Shown here in pieces: positions 10,053-18,069 of a stretch of DNA of 23,797 bases. The notes under the pieces are model-generated. The model had not been told where the DNA came from and did no database searches. It was given only the letters and a program-made list of their open reading frames with translations. The DNA is from Elusimicrobiota bacterium (lineage in GTDB: Bacteria; Elusimicrobiota; Elusimicrobia; Elusimicrobiales; UBA9959), in NCBI GenBank assembly GCA_037137395.1, contig JBAXKK010000035.1, positions 1 to 23,797 on the forward strand. The letters run 5' to 3'. Position numbers and translations under genes: made by a program. Position 1 is the first letter of the stretch, and the number at the start of each line of letters is the position of its first letter.

Positions 10053-10851
10053 CTTGTAATCCGTTTTCTTTTAAGGCTTTTTTATATTGTTCATCGCTCA
10101 TAGGCAGATAGTGCCACTCCATTTTATCTGCCATATAGGAAACCCCACTACCCTTTATCGTGTTTGCAATAATACATTTAGGCCGCCGCGATCTTTTTAT
10201 GGCCAATTTTTTAAAAACCTTATCGATAGCGGCAAAATCATTCCCATCCAGAGCTGTCGCAACATCAAAATTGAACGCTTCCCACTTTTTTCCCATAGGG
10301 TCCAGGTTGATAACATCTCTCGTTTTTCCAAAGCCCTGCAAATTATTTTTATCAATTATAACAACTAAATTATCCAACTTGTGTTGCGCCGCGAATAAGG
10401 CCGCTTCCCAGGTGGAACCTTCGTTACAATCGCCATCGGATAATACGCAATACACTTTGAATTTCTTCTTACTGAATCTTGTCGAAAACGCTATACCAAC
10501 AGCAAGAGATAAACCATGCCCCAAGCTACCTGTTCCGAACGGAATATCTTTGATCACGCCATTGCACGGCGGGTGAGCCGCAAGAAAAGTCCCATCTTTG
10601 TAAAATGTTTCAAGCGCCGCTTTATCCATCCTGCCCGATTCACCCAGAACGACATATAATCCGACCGCGGCATGGCCTTTTGAAAGTATAAATTTGTCGG
10701 CGGGGCTAATTTTCTGAAAAAAAAGATATATCAGGATATCCAGGCACGATAATGAAGCCCCTATATGCCCGGCGTTGGCTTTTTTATACATGCTAAGAAT
10801 TTTTGCAAGGCACTTTTTCTTAATGCCGACCAATTCTTTAATTTTTGCCAC
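10045..10851 (-). CDS. Transketolase N-terminal (ThDP-binding) subunit
   Basis: AGHIGASLS, FILSKGHA, TGSLGHGL, SDGDCNEGSTWEA, TIKGSG; GTG start with GGGGAG RBS. Confidence 0.92.
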   Translation of the reverse strand: MAKIKELVGIKKKCLAKILSMYKKANAGHIGASLSCLDILIYLFFQKISPADKFILSKGHAAVGLYVVLGESGRMDKAALETFYKDGTFLAAHPPCNGVIKDIPFGTGSLGHGLSLAVGIAFSTRFSKKKFKVYCVLSDGDCNEGSTWEAALFAAQHKLDNLVVIIDKNNLQGFGKTRDVINLDPMGKKWEAFNFDVATALDGNDFAAIDKVFKKLAIKRSRRPKCIIANTIKGSGVSYMADKMEWHYLPMSDEQYKKALKENGLQDA

Positions 10852-10928
10852 AAGACTCCCCTAAACTCTTATTTACATCCCCGAAACCATCATAACAAGG
10901 CGTGACAGAATTAAATTTTCTCATAAAA

Positions 10929-13064
10929 TCACGCCGCTGATTTTGCATCTTTTAATTTCACAATTACTACCCAAACAGCGAGTATCAACAGTGTTAGACA
11001 ACTGATGAACACCGCGATATAAAATGATTTGGGACGGAAGGAAAACATAACTTTATGCGTTCCCGCTTCCAGATAAACGCCTTTAAAACAGAGATTGGTT
11101 TTTACAATCTGTTTCTCCACGCCATCAACGAAAACTTTCCAGCCGGGATAATATTTATCAGTAAGCACGAGTAAAACAGGGTGTGCGGTTTTGACATCAA
11201 CCTTTAATTCATTCGGGGCTATTGAAATATTGGACAAATCGGCCTGTTCCGACTCCTCCTTGTTCCACTTGCCTCCCCCCTCCTCCTTCTCCCAGTCTGG
11301 CATCTTATCGACTATTGTCGCGCCGTTTTTTTGGGATAGAACCTGAGCGAGCGAAGCTGCAACAAACTCGTTGTCGGTTTTGTATTTTGCGCGGACAATC
11401 CCAGCGTCCTCTGCCGCTATGTTGCGCGTAGTATAAAAGAAATGTTGAATCGATCTGTGATTTTTAAGATACCAGTAGGGAACCGTATCGGCCGTATAAT
11501 ACCCCTGATTTATGGGTATTTTATTGAAAACCCAGCTGTTCACGGACCAGGGCTCGGCACTTACGGTCACATCACGAAAATTAGCCTTATATATCACAGA
11601 TGTTACCCTGGATTTGGTCGCATCAGTGTTATAACTAATTTCATCCACATAGCGATGCCTGCCCGGGACAGCCTGAGTGAAAAGACTCAGCACCAGGCAA
11701 CCGATAAAGATATTCCCGGAAATTCTCCCTTTAAGATACTGAAACGATAACATTGTAAAAGCGATCCCCGAAATACCTATAAGAAGAAAGGGTTTATATA
11801 AAAAAGCGGCGCACATAAGAAAGAATGACATCAAACCCAATATTTTCACCTTTCGTAATTCCCAGTCGCGCCCTTGCTCATTTGTCCTGATCATTCCCCA
11901 AAAAGCCAGATAATGGGCGGAGATAACCAATAAAACCGCTTTAAACATCAACAGACCGATTAAAGGATACCTGTTATTGCCGAATATCGGAACATAATCG
12001 AATACAAACTCATAAATGATACCGCCCCGCCCATGAGTGTATGAGATAAACACAGCAAGCAATAAAAACAAAGACCTCAACAGGGGATCTCCCAGAAACC
12101 TGGTCAGCGCCAGAACACCCAGAAACAACACAGCCACTCCGGAAACCTCTGACCAACCGACCGGTGACACGAACGATTTTAAATAGTTCAATAGATTGGC
12201 GTCATAACCGCAAACCGGATCGGTTTTTTTCAGGAAAACTCTCACCCATGGGTCCGGAGCGGTAAATTCCCCCTGCAGATCATGCGCGACATAAACCCTG
12301 TTCTCCACCAGAGGGATGGAAACAAAACTTGAGCACAGACCCGCTAAAACACAGATCAGCAGTATTTTTTTTACAACCGCGAAAATAGCAGGCCCGCGGC
12401 GCAATTCAGTGTCAACGGAAAACTTATAAATCCCCCAAGAACCTAAAAGTAAAGCCACCAAAAAGATCATAACCGGGTACGCGGTGATAATAAAACAGCA
12501 AAGGATAAGGGCGCACACTACGATCTGATTAACGCTGATCCGCCCCTGGCGATTCAGAATATTATTTAGGCCGTACAATCCCCAGGGGGCAAACGCCACA
12601 GCGTAAGCTATATTGTATTGGCCTAACAACATGCCATACATAGTCAGAGAAAACGCCAAAGAACCAAACCATGAAACATTTTTGGGGTAATTTAAACTAT
12701 TAAGGAAATTATAGGTTCCAGCGCCGCCAACAACCACCAGAGAAAGAAGCATAAGCTGGAACACATAAAGCGGATTAAATATCTGGGCAAGCGCCACAAA
12801 AATAAAATTTATAGGATTAAAAAGAAACCCGTTCCAGGGGATAAATGGCACGCCGGACAGTTCGAATGAATTCCATAAAGGGAAATAACCGGACTTGAGG
12901 CTGTCCACAAAATATAAGAATTTGGGATAAAAATAATAATAGGAATCCCAATTCATATATCGCCGGCCGCTTACAATGCTCAGATTAGCCAGCGCGACAA
13001 CCGCGCACAAAGCGGTATAGAAAACCAAGTTTGGATGTTTTTGGACGAGATCCCTGATTTTCAT
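10929..13064 (-). CDS. YfhO-family multi-pass membrane protein (putative GT-C glycosyltransferase)
   Basis: 711 aa; N-terminal D..YFYP..GYFPLWN..SGVP; C-terminal LVLTDKYYPGWKVFVDG..GVYLEAGTHKVMFSFRP followed by a TM helix. Confidence 0.82.
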   Translation of the reverse strand: MKIRDLVQKHPNLVFYTALCAVVALANLSIVSGRRYMNWDSYYYFYPKFLYFVDSLKSGYFPLWNSFELSGVPFIPWNGFLFNPINFIFVALAQIFNPLYVFQLMLLSLVVVGGAGTYNFLNSLNYPKNVSWFGSLAFSLTMYGMLLGQYNIAYAVAFAPWGLYGLNNILNRQGRISVNQIVVCALILCCFIITAYPVMIFLVALLLGSWGIYKFSVDTELRRGPAIFAVVKKILLICVLAGLCSSFVSIPLVENRVYVAHDLQGEFTAPDPWVRVFLKKTDPVCGYDANLLNYLKSFVSPVGWSEVSGVAVLFLGVLALTRFLGDPLLRSLFLLLAVFISYTHGRGGIIYEFVFDYVPIFGNNRYPLIGLLMFKAVLLVISAHYLAFWGMIRTNEQGRDWELRKVKILGLMSFFLMCAAFLYKPFLLIGISGIAFTMLSFQYLKGRISGNIFIGCLVLSLFTQAVPGRHRYVDEISYNTDATKSRVTSVIYKANFRDVTVSAEPWSVNSWVFNKIPINQGYYTADTVPYWYLKNHRSIQHFFYTTRNIAAEDAGIVRAKYKTDNEFVAASLAQVLSQKNGATIVDKMPDWEKEEGGGKWNKEESEQADLSNISIAPNELKVDVKTAHPVLLVLTDKYYPGWKVFVDGVEKQIVKTNLCFKGVYLEAGTHKVMFSFRPKSFYIAVFISCLTLLILAVWVVIVKLKDAKSAA

Positions 13065-13114
13065 ATTTACACAAGTATCATGAGACGCAGCTTTCCTTTA
13101 TTTCACACACGCGG

Positions 13115-14290
13115 TTAATACTTACGCAGGCAGCTTTTCAGCATGTCCAGATCGGATCCGGTAAGCTCCGGGTAATTGCCGAAGTAAAATCCGCATTCGT
13201 GCAGGAATTGGGCGCCCTTCAGATCCCAGTCACCTTTGACATATTTGGCGAAAAAGGGCTGGTGCTGCATATTGCCGGCTATTACAGGACGAATCTCCAC
13301 TCCGTCTCCTGAAAACTGCTCTATGTACTTACTGCGCAGCTCTTTTGTTTTGCATATAACAGGAAAGGCGAAATTGGAGAGAAAAGAAAGATGTCCCCTT
13401 TTTAGCGGGAGGAAATCCGGATTATTCTTGGCCTCCTCCTCCAAAGCGAGATAATTTTTCTGACGTATCACGCAGTTTTCATCAAGGTATTTAAGCTGTG
13501 TCAGACCGAGGAATCCGGTTATCTCGGTGGGCCTGAGATTAAAACCCAGATCGTAGAAAGTGTACTTCGCTTCAAATTCACTTTTTATACCATGCTTTTC
13601 CCTTAATCGGCGCTGCGCCGTAAAATTCAGGTTACGGTCCCAGCCATTAGCGCGGGTAATGCGCAGCATCTCGTCCATTTCGTCGTCATCCGTGCAGGCG
13701 CAGCCGCCCTCAATAGTTGACATATGATGCGCGACAAAGAAAGAGAAGGTTGAAGCCAGACCAAAATTGCCGGTCTTACCTTCCGGTAAAGCCGTGCAAA
13801 GAGATTCGCAGTTATCCTCTATAAGCAGGACGCCGTTTTTTTTGCAGACATCACGGATCGCACCCAGATCGCCTGCAAAACCCAGCGCATTGGTAATAAA
13901 GAACGCGTTCAGCTTTACCTTCTTAAGAGTTTCAGAGAGATTAGCGGCCATACAATTAAGCGTCTGCGCCTCGCAGTCTACCGGAACTGCCTTCATACCC
14001 AGCTGGAGTATCGGCATGACATTCGTGGACCAGGTAAGAGCTGAAAAGCCGACAGTGTCGCCATCCTTAAGCCGGCCAAGGTTCTTAAGGGCCTGAAGAA
14101 GGGCCAGATTGGCGCTGCCGCCGCTGTTAAAAAGCACGCAATACTTCCGCCCTTGCGCCTTGGCAAAGGCCTTTTCAAACTCGGCGCATTTCTCGCCCAT
14201 GCTTAGGATCTTGGCTTTAAGTATAAAATCCACCAGCTCTTTTTTGGTTTCATACTCGTTAAGAAATGTGTTTTTCATTAATGGGATCAT
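13115..14290 (-). CDS. colD: DegT/DnrJ/EryC1/StrS-family PLP enzyme, likely GDP-4-keto-6-deoxy-D-mannose 3-dehydratase (ColD-like)
   Basis: NSGGSANL, IEDNCES, SFFVAHHMSTIEGG (His in place of the Schiff-base Lys, as in ColD), no Fe-S cysteine motif; GGAGG RBS at 14301-14305. Confidence 0.75.
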   Translation of the reverse strand: MIPLMKNTFLNEYETKKELVDFILKAKILSMGEKCAEFEKAFAKAQGRKYCVLFNSGGSANLALLQALKNLGRLKDGDTVGFSALTWSTNVMPILQLGMKAVPVDCEAQTLNCMAANLSETLKKVKLNAFFITNALGFAGDLGAIRDVCKKNGVLLIEDNCESLCTALPEGKTGNFGLASTFSFFVAHHMSTIEGGCACTDDDEMDEMLRITRANGWDRNLNFTAQRRLREKHGIKSEFEAKYTFYDLGFNLRPTEITGFLGLTQLKYLDENCVIRQKNYLALEEEAKNNPDFLPLKRGHLSFLSNFAFPVICKTKELRSKYIEQFSGDGVEIRPVIAGNMQHQPFFAKYVKGDWDLKGAQFLHECGFYFGNYPELTGSDLDMLKSCLRKY

Positions 14291-14314
14291 AATATATTTT
14301 CCTCCGGAAAATAT

Positions 14315-14595
14315 GCCATAGGCTATAAGCTTTAGGCTTTACACTTTACGCTTTACGTTTTCCGCTTTACGATTTAAGCCATAGGCTACAAGCGAATAAC
14401 TACGCCATAAGCTATAGGCTTTAGGCTTTAGGCTTTAGGCTTTAGGCTTTAGGCTTTAGGCTTTAGGCGAATAACTACGCCATAGGCTATAAGCTTTAGG
14501 CCATAAGCAGAATAAAGATCGCTCACTATTTACGCTTTACACTTTACTTTTTCCGCTTCACGCTTTACGCTTTCCGATTGCCGATTTACGCTTTA
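14315..14595. repeat. Modular heptamer tandem-repeat array A
   Basis: Units GCCATAG/GCTATAA/GCTTTAG/GCTTTAC/GTTTTCC; 7 perfect GCTTTAG at 14418-14466; linkers GCGAATAACTAC and GCAGAATAAAGATC; runs into the last codons of the AAA gene. Confidence 0.95.
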
Positions 14596-15722
14596 ACCCC
14601 GCCTATAAAATCTTTGTAATTTTTTGAGGTCACCAGCGAAACTTCCGCGTCAGGATATGCCTGTGAAAACACTTTCGGGATCCTGAATTTTTCTTTTCTC
14701 CATTTTACTTCAAACGCCCACAAATGTCCCCCGCCTTCTTCCAGATAATCTATCTCCTGTTTTTGGGCTGTCCGCCAGAAATACCCTTTTCTATCAAGGG
14801 CAGTATTGGCGAGGAATTTCCGTCTTTCAGATATAACAAAATTTTCCCACAAAGCCCCCACATCCTGGCGCAGATCAAGCGGATTAAGATTGTTTATAAG
14901 AGCGTTGCGGAGCCCGGTATCGTAGAAATAAATTTTACGGAGTTTTTTAAGTTCGTTGCGCAAATTCCTGCTGAACGGCCCCACTCTGAAAATGATAAAC
15001 GCCTTCTCAAGGATCTGAATATAGGACGCCACGGTATTCTTGTCTATCCCCAAAAGGCCGGCCAGCTCATTATAAGACACCTCATTGCCGACCTGGAGCG
15101 CCAAGGCCTGCAGGAGCTTTTCCAGCAGATCCGGGTTTTTTATATTCTGGTATTTAAGAACATCCTTGTACGAATAGCTCCGCGCAAGACTTTTAAGATT
15201 CACCTCGGTATTTTCTTTACCGGCCACTATTTCAGGGTACATGCCATAAATAATACGGCGCTCAAGCAGCCTGTCCATCTCAACTTCCGAATAGAAAGAA
15301 GCTAATTCATGAAAAGAGAATGGATAGAGCAGAAACTCCCTCTTTCTTCCGGTTAAAGGCTCGGCTATTTTGTCTGAAAGCTCAAAAGAGGACGAGCCGG
15401 TGGCAAGGATCTGCGTGGACGGCAGATTGTCGGCTATTATTTTGAGCGTATGGCCGATATTTTTGACCTGCTGGGCCTCGTCAAGAACAATAAACTTTTT
15501 TCCCTTAAAAAAAACTTTAAGCTCTGTAGAAGTCTTGTCTGTCAAAGCGGCACGGATGTCAGGTTCATCGCAATTTAAATACGCTGACTGCCCCGGATGC
15601 TTTTTAAGTATCTCCCGGACCAAAGTAGTCTTACCCACTTGCCGCGCGCCATAAAGTATAAGGACCTTGTTTTTAAAAAGGCTCTTTTCAATACTCGCCT
15701 GTATAGTTCTCTTAATATGCAT
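14586..15722 (-). CDS. AAA+ ATP-binding protein (AAA_14 + DUF4143 type), second copy
   Basis: Walker A GARQVGKT, Walker B VLDEAQ, TGSSS, LTGRK, GMYPE, KIYFYDTG, LWENF, EIDYL..FEVK; ATG at 15722 (MHIKR) preferred over GTG at 15743. Confidence 0.9.
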   Translation of the reverse strand: MHIKRTIQASIEKSLFKNKVLILYGARQVGKTTLVREILKKHPGQSAYLNCDEPDIRAALTDKTSTELKVFFKGKKFIVLDEAQQVKNIGHTLKIIADNLPSTQILATGSSSFELSDKIAEPLTGRKREFLLYPFSFHELASFYSEVEMDRLLERRIIYGMYPEIVAGKENTEVNLKSLARSYSYKDVLKYQNIKNPDLLEKLLQALALQVGNEVSYNELAGLLGIDKNTVASYIQILEKAFIIFRVGPFSRNLRNELKKLRKIYFYDTGLRNALINNLNPLDLRQDVGALWENFVISERRKFLANTALDRKGYFWRTAQKQEIDYLEEGGGHLWAFEVKWRKEKFRIPKVFSQAYPDAEVSLVTSKNYKDFIGGVKA

Positions 15723-15728
15723 GTTTTG

Positions 15729-15784
15729 GGTGAATCCATTCACCTAATATTACATATATTAGGATATTTGGAGGTAAATATCAA
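15729..15784 (-). promoter_or_regulatory. Predicted sigma70 promoter with palindromic operator-like sites upstream of the second AAA gene
   Basis: Minus strand TTGATA (15779-15784), 17 bp spacer, TAATAT (15756-15761); palindromes GGTGAAT-CC-ATTCACC (15729-15744) and CCTAATAT-N5-ATATTAGG (15743-15763). Confidence 0.55.
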
Positions 15785-15787
15785 CAC

Positions 15788-16205
15788 GCCATAAGCCGTT
15801 TGCCATACGCAGAATAACGATCGCCATAGGCTATAAGCTTTAGGCCGTAAGCGAACTACGCCATAAGCTATAAGCTTTAGGCCATAAGCAGAATAAGAAG
15901 CGCTATTTGCCATTAGCCGTTTGCCATTTGCAGAAAAAACTGCCATTCGCCGTTTGCCATATGCCATTCGCAGAATAAAGATCGCTCACTATTTACGCTT
16001 TACGCTTTACGTTTTCCGCTTTACGATTTAAGCCATGCGCAGAATAAGAAGCGCTATTTGCCATTAGCCGTTTGCCATATGCAGAAAAAACTGTCATTCG
16101 CCGTTTGCCATACGCAGAATTGCTTACTATTTACGCTTTACGTTTTCCGCTTTACGATTTAGGCCATTTGCAGAATTGCTTACTATTTACGCTTTACGTT
16201 ATTTT
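15788..16205. repeat. Modular heptamer tandem-repeat array B
   Basis: Blocks of 3-6 heptamers (GCCATAA, GCCGTTT, GCCATTT, GCTATAA, GCTTTAG, GCTTTAC) separated by GCAGAA(T/A).. linkers; internal 74-bp and 31-bp duplications. Confidence 0.95.
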
Positions 16206-17141
16206 CTAATCCTTTAAGCCTTTAAAAAACTCATACGCTTTGGCTATTCCCTCTTTCAGGGTGGTTTTCGGCTGCCAGCCCCAGGCGGTCTGGCGGGTCG
16301 TATCTATCAGCTTCTGCTTCATGCCGGCCGGTTTGGACAGGTCATGAGTGAAGGCGCCCTTGTAGCCCACAACTTCAGCCACGGTCAGGTAATAGTCGTT
16401 AACTGAATTATCAAGCCCCAGGCCAACATTCATCAGAGCCGGCAGGGTGTCAAAATCAGTTATGGTCCGGTGGATACAGTCGGCGATATCTCCGGCGTAC
16501 ATAAATTCCCTCCGGGCCAGTCCGTCGCCCCAGATCTCCACCGTTTTTTCCTTGTTCAGCTTGGCGAGATGGAGTTTGCGTATGACCGCCGGTATCATGT
16601 GTGAATTTTCAGGCGCGAACTTATCCCAACGGCCATAGAGGTTGCAGGGGATAAGAGTCTTATAGCGGAACTCGGGAGCCTCTTTTGAAATATAGGCGGC
16701 CAGCCTTGATACGACGGTCTTTGCAAGGGCGTAGCCTTCGTTGGTAGGTTCAAATTCGCCCTGCAGGACCATTTCCTCTTTAAGGGGATTGGGCGCGTTG
16801 CGCGGATACATGCAGGAACTGCCGAGATTTATAAACTTCTTTACGCCGCAGTTGCAGGCGGCCCAGACCGTATTACGGCCCATATCCAGATTCTCCAGCA
16901 GAAAGGCCACGGGGTGGGCCATATTGGCCTGTATACCGCCCACGCGGCCGGCTGCGTGGATAACGATGTCAGGCTTGATCCTGGCTATATAAGCCCTGAC
17001 GGCGTTATAGTCAAAAAGATTCAATTCCGGGATATCCGGCGAGAAGATCTCAAGTTTCGAGGCCGCGGGATGTTCCAGGATATTATGTCCGACCATTCCC
17101 GAACCGCCGGTTAAAAACACGCGGAGTTTGTTGTTTGTCAT
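16206..17141 (-). CDS. colC: GDP-L-fucose synthase family protein, likely GDP-colitose synthase (ColC-like)
   Basis: TGGSGMVG, AAGRVGGIQAN, LGSSCMYP, EPTNEGYALAK, IWGDG..RREF; nearest sugar gene downstream is the ColD-like enzyme. Confidence 0.75.
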   Translation of the reverse strand: MTNNKLRVFLTGGSGMVGHNILEHPAASKLEIFSPDIPELNLFDYNAVRAYIARIKPDIVIHAAGRVGGIQANMAHPVAFLLENLDMGRNTVWAACNCGVKKFINLGSSCMYPRNAPNPLKEEMVLQGEFEPTNEGYALAKTVVSRLAAYISKEAPEFRYKTLIPCNLYGRWDKFAPENSHMIPAVIRKLHLAKLNKEKTVEIWGDGLARREFMYAGDIADCIHRTITDFDTLPALMNVGLGLDNSVNDYYLTVAEVVGYKGAFTHDLSKPAGMKQKLIDTTRQTAWGWQPKTTLKEGIAKAYEFFKGLKD

Positions 17142-17142
17142 A

Positions 17143-18069
17143 TTATGCCGTCTTGCAATTTTTAAGATACGGGTCCGCCTTTACCGCGGCAAGATCCAAT
17201 TTTTCAAGGTTTTGGCTGTAGTAGGCGTAAAGTTTTTTAATAGCCGGCAGATAAGGCGTAAATTTGAGATCCGGCAGTTCGGCTATCAGCCGGGTATTAT
17301 CGCCGGTATATTCCCTGTTAAGCCCGGGGGTAAGAACTTTAATTTCGCTCTTTGTTTTACCCGCCATGTTCACCATTTCGGCGAGCGAGACAAGGTCCGC
17401 TGACTCGGTTGGAGTTATATTATAATGCGGATGCCGGGGTTTCATATTGATAAACTGTCCGACTATCTCGCAAAAATCCTCTATCCACAAATAGTCAAAC
17501 CTGACATTCTGGTTTATAACAATGGGCAGGCCTAAAAGATTTTTAACAATGGCGTTGGATATGAACTTGAAGGTGCAGTCTTCATATTTACCGTAAAGGC
17601 CGAAAATTCGCAGGCAGGTGATATTGTCAGCTTTTTCCGCATACTTTGAGATCAGATATTTGGCATAGCCATAGTCGTCAGCCGGAACAAAAGCATCGAA
17701 ACTATTTTCCGGAACTTTGCGCAGCTGGCGGCGTTTGTCATATTCCGCTCCGCTGCCCATAGCGATCATGCGCATGCCCGGCTTAAGAGACCGCGCCAGA
17801 TTAAAGAATATGCGCAGGTTAAGCGCGAAAGCTTTATTGGCGGCAGCTACATCAGACTCGGAGGCCCTGGTGCCGCCTACATTGGCGCAATTTATAACAA
17901 CTTCGGGCGAAAATTCATCAAAGGCCGCCTTAACAGCGGCTTCATCGGTAAGATCAAGCCCGGGCAGATCCGCCTGGAACACCTGCTGTCCTTTAGCCGA
18001 TAGATGTTCGGTAAGATTGCGGCCGATGAACCCGGAAGCGCCGGTGATCAATATCCTGCTTTTTTTCAT
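17143..18069 (-). CDS. NAD-dependent epimerase/dehydratase/reductase (extended SDR)
   Basis: ITGASGFIG, GSGAEY, YGYAK, LRIFGLYG; 4-bp overlap with the ThDP enzyme. Confidence 0.88.
   Translation of the reverse strand: MKKSRILITGASGFIGRNLTEHLSAKGQQVFQADLPGLDLTDEAAVKAAFDEFSPEVVINCANVGGTRASESDVAAANKAFALNLRIFFNLARSLKPGMRMIAMGSGAEYDKRRQLRKVPENSFDAFVPADDYGYAKYLISKYAEKADNITCLRIFGLYGKYEDCTFKFISNAIVKNLLGLPIVINQNVRFDYLWIEDFCEIVGQFINMKPRHPHYNITPTESADLVSLAEMVNMAGKTKSEIKVLTPGLNREYTGDNTRLIAELPDLKFTPYLPAIKKLYAYYSQNLEKLDLAAVKADPYLKNCKTA

Noticed and set aside
15740..15967. 75-aa ORF through array B overlapping the AAA GTG
   Set aside because: Low-complexity translation of the repeats (AYG recurrences) that crosses the predicted promoter; probably spurious
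14315..16205. Arrays as CRISPR
   Set aside because: No constant repeat alternating with unique spacers, the whole tract has 7-bp periodicity, and no cas genes are present
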